Assembly: GCA_001938485.1 (NCBI GenBank)
Contig: MQRK01248130.1
Location: 1-53,482 of the forward strand
Source: Girardia tigrina
Lineage: Eukaryota
Direction: 5' to 3'
DNA: 53,482 nt
In this document: piece by piece, positions 51,940-53,482 of the stretch
Layout: every line of letters starts with the position of its first letter
How positions within the stretch are numbered: position 1 is the first letter of the stretch
Notes under the pieces: generated by a model
The model's input: only the letters and a program-made list of their open reading frames with translations
What the model was told of the DNA's origin: nothing
Databases searched by the model: none
Made by a program: the position numbers and the translations under genes

Positions 51940-51981
51940 ATTTAACTGACGATGCCTGTAAAGGTGAAAATAGTTTTAAAT
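51940..51981 (+). ncRNA. Minimal type I hammerhead ribozyme (PLE copy D)
   Basis: atttaa-CTGACGA(51946)-T-GCCT/gtaa/AGGT-GAAA-ATAG-T-T-ttaaat; 6-bp stem I. Confidence 0.8.
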
Positions 51982-52009
51982 AACATTATTGAAAAATGGC
52001 GTTTTTGCT

Positions 52010-52059
<50 letters not shown>

Positions 52060-52578
52060 CAGAAATAGGACTAGTCTAATTTCCTTCTTGCATAAAATTA
52101 TGAAAACATTTTAAAAGTTCTTTTAATACCTGTTTATTTATTATGCTATTCTCAAAGTCGAAATTGTCTTTCATCGATAAATTAGTTTTTTTATTAATTT
52201 TAATTAGAGCAATTATAATTGACGTTCTTCTCTTTTAATATTAAATTAAATAGATTAATTTGAGCTTCCAACTCTTTACAATCCAAATTAAATTTGTGAA
52301 TTCTGATAAATTTCTTATTTTTGATGGATTTCCCTAAGAAAACAAAGATATTAAATTTTTTATAAAAGTAACATAGATATAAAAGCAGAATCAACTTAAC
52401 ATATTAAATAAATTGTATATGATTTTGGTTTAGATTCGTTTTGGTTCAGATTGAAAATCTAACGACTATTAATTTAAATTATTAATTTATTACATTTCAA
52501 ATTGACAAGAATCTTATTGGTTCCAAGACAATCTAATTCTATTGAAGTGAAATTTAGAGTTATTTTCACAACCTATAT

Positions 52579-53300
52579 GCAGGGTGATTGAAAAATATCT
52601 CACTATTTTAAAATACCAACAATTTCATTCAAATGCAGTAAAATGTTTCTCAAGTTTTGTGTATATTTTACTTCATTTATGGCAATTTAATTTATGCTCT
52701 CCTTCTTTTTAGTTATGTTTTGTGAATTTGTTTAAATTAATTTGTTTGACTGTGCAAATTTGTTTTAATTTGCAAGAATGTGCGCAGATAACTGCCCATT
52801 ATGAAGTTTAAAGATCCATTGTTAAAATGGAAAGAAGATGAAGAACAATTAGGGGAAAATGCTCAAGTTGACCAGAAGACAATCAATAATTGACTTGAAA
52901 AACTCATAAAAACAGAACTTGTGATTGATTACAAAAGAAGTGGTCGCCCTTCCAAATTTAGAGACTCTGAGATAGTGAAAATTGTTCAAGAAATGTTTAC
53001 CCGCAGCCCGCAAAATTTGATTCATAAAGCAACGTGAGAAAATGGACTTTCTTTTTACTATGTAGAGCTAAAAATTAGCTTAAAACATCTTCCAGAAATA
53101 TAGCTTAATTTTCTGGAAGATGAATGGATCATTGTGATTTGCAAGAATGTTCAACTAGAAGTCTATTTACCAGAACACTGTATAACTTATTTCTCTGATG
53201 AAAGTTGAAAGAGCAAATCTACTCAACCAAACTAAGAAATTTGAAAGAACTAAAAAGGTGAATACGTAATATAGTATAATTGTAAACAGTAAAATTAATG
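52579..53300 (+). mobile_element. Degenerate Tc1/mariner-superfamily element (rosa/maT-like)
   Basis: End cagggtgattgaaaa; remnants LEKLIKTELVIDYKRSGRPS...VQEMFTRSP and YFSDES. Confidence 0.65.
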
Positions 53301-53329
53301 ATTCTTTTTATCGATTGTTTTTATTTATA

Positions 53330-53367
<38 letters not shown>

Positions 53368-53368
<1 letters not shown>

Positions 53369-53482
53369 CGGATAACATCAAATAGTAGGTGGATATGAAA
53401 TAGTAGGTGTAATGAAGTTTTCAAAAAATTTTCCACCTACTATTAAAATAGTAGGTGGAATCAAATAGTAGGTGTATCGTTT
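53368..53482. repeat. Cluster of aatagtaggtg motifs (4 direct, 1 inverted), probably a transposon subterminus
   Basis: Motif recurs from 53381 to the window end, directly after a (TA)n tract. Confidence 0.65.

Noticed and set aside
1714-52394. Numerous short Ile/Phe/Lys/Asn-rich ORFs in the track
   Set aside because: Expected by chance in very AT-rich DNA, or antisense to TE remnants; no recognisable domains.

Overview
AT-rich, gap-containing eukaryotic (most likely invertebrate animal, possibly planarian-like) intergenic DNA with no intact host gene recognisable. It is a graveyard of transposable elements: Tc1/IS630-like and mariner elements, hAT elements (CGGBP1-like, Buster, SPIN-like MITE), a piggyBac-type MITE and Ty3/gypsy fragments, plus decayed HSP60, beta-tubulin and ubiquitin-like pseudogenes. 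The most notable signal is four Penelope-like element (PLE) derivatives (A 501-1012, B 1946-3119, C 12641-13572, D 51534-52012). Each ends in a GIY-YIG endonuclease followed by a minimal type I hammerhead ribozyme motif (five intact cores and one decayed). Copy C is a 932-bp unit with no reverse transcriptase: the PLE N-terminal region is fused in frame to the endonuclease, between 82-bp inverted repeats that each carry a hammerhead, with a single in-frame UGA at a conserved zinc-binding Cys. All assignments come from manual reading and recalled family motifs; no database searches were run.
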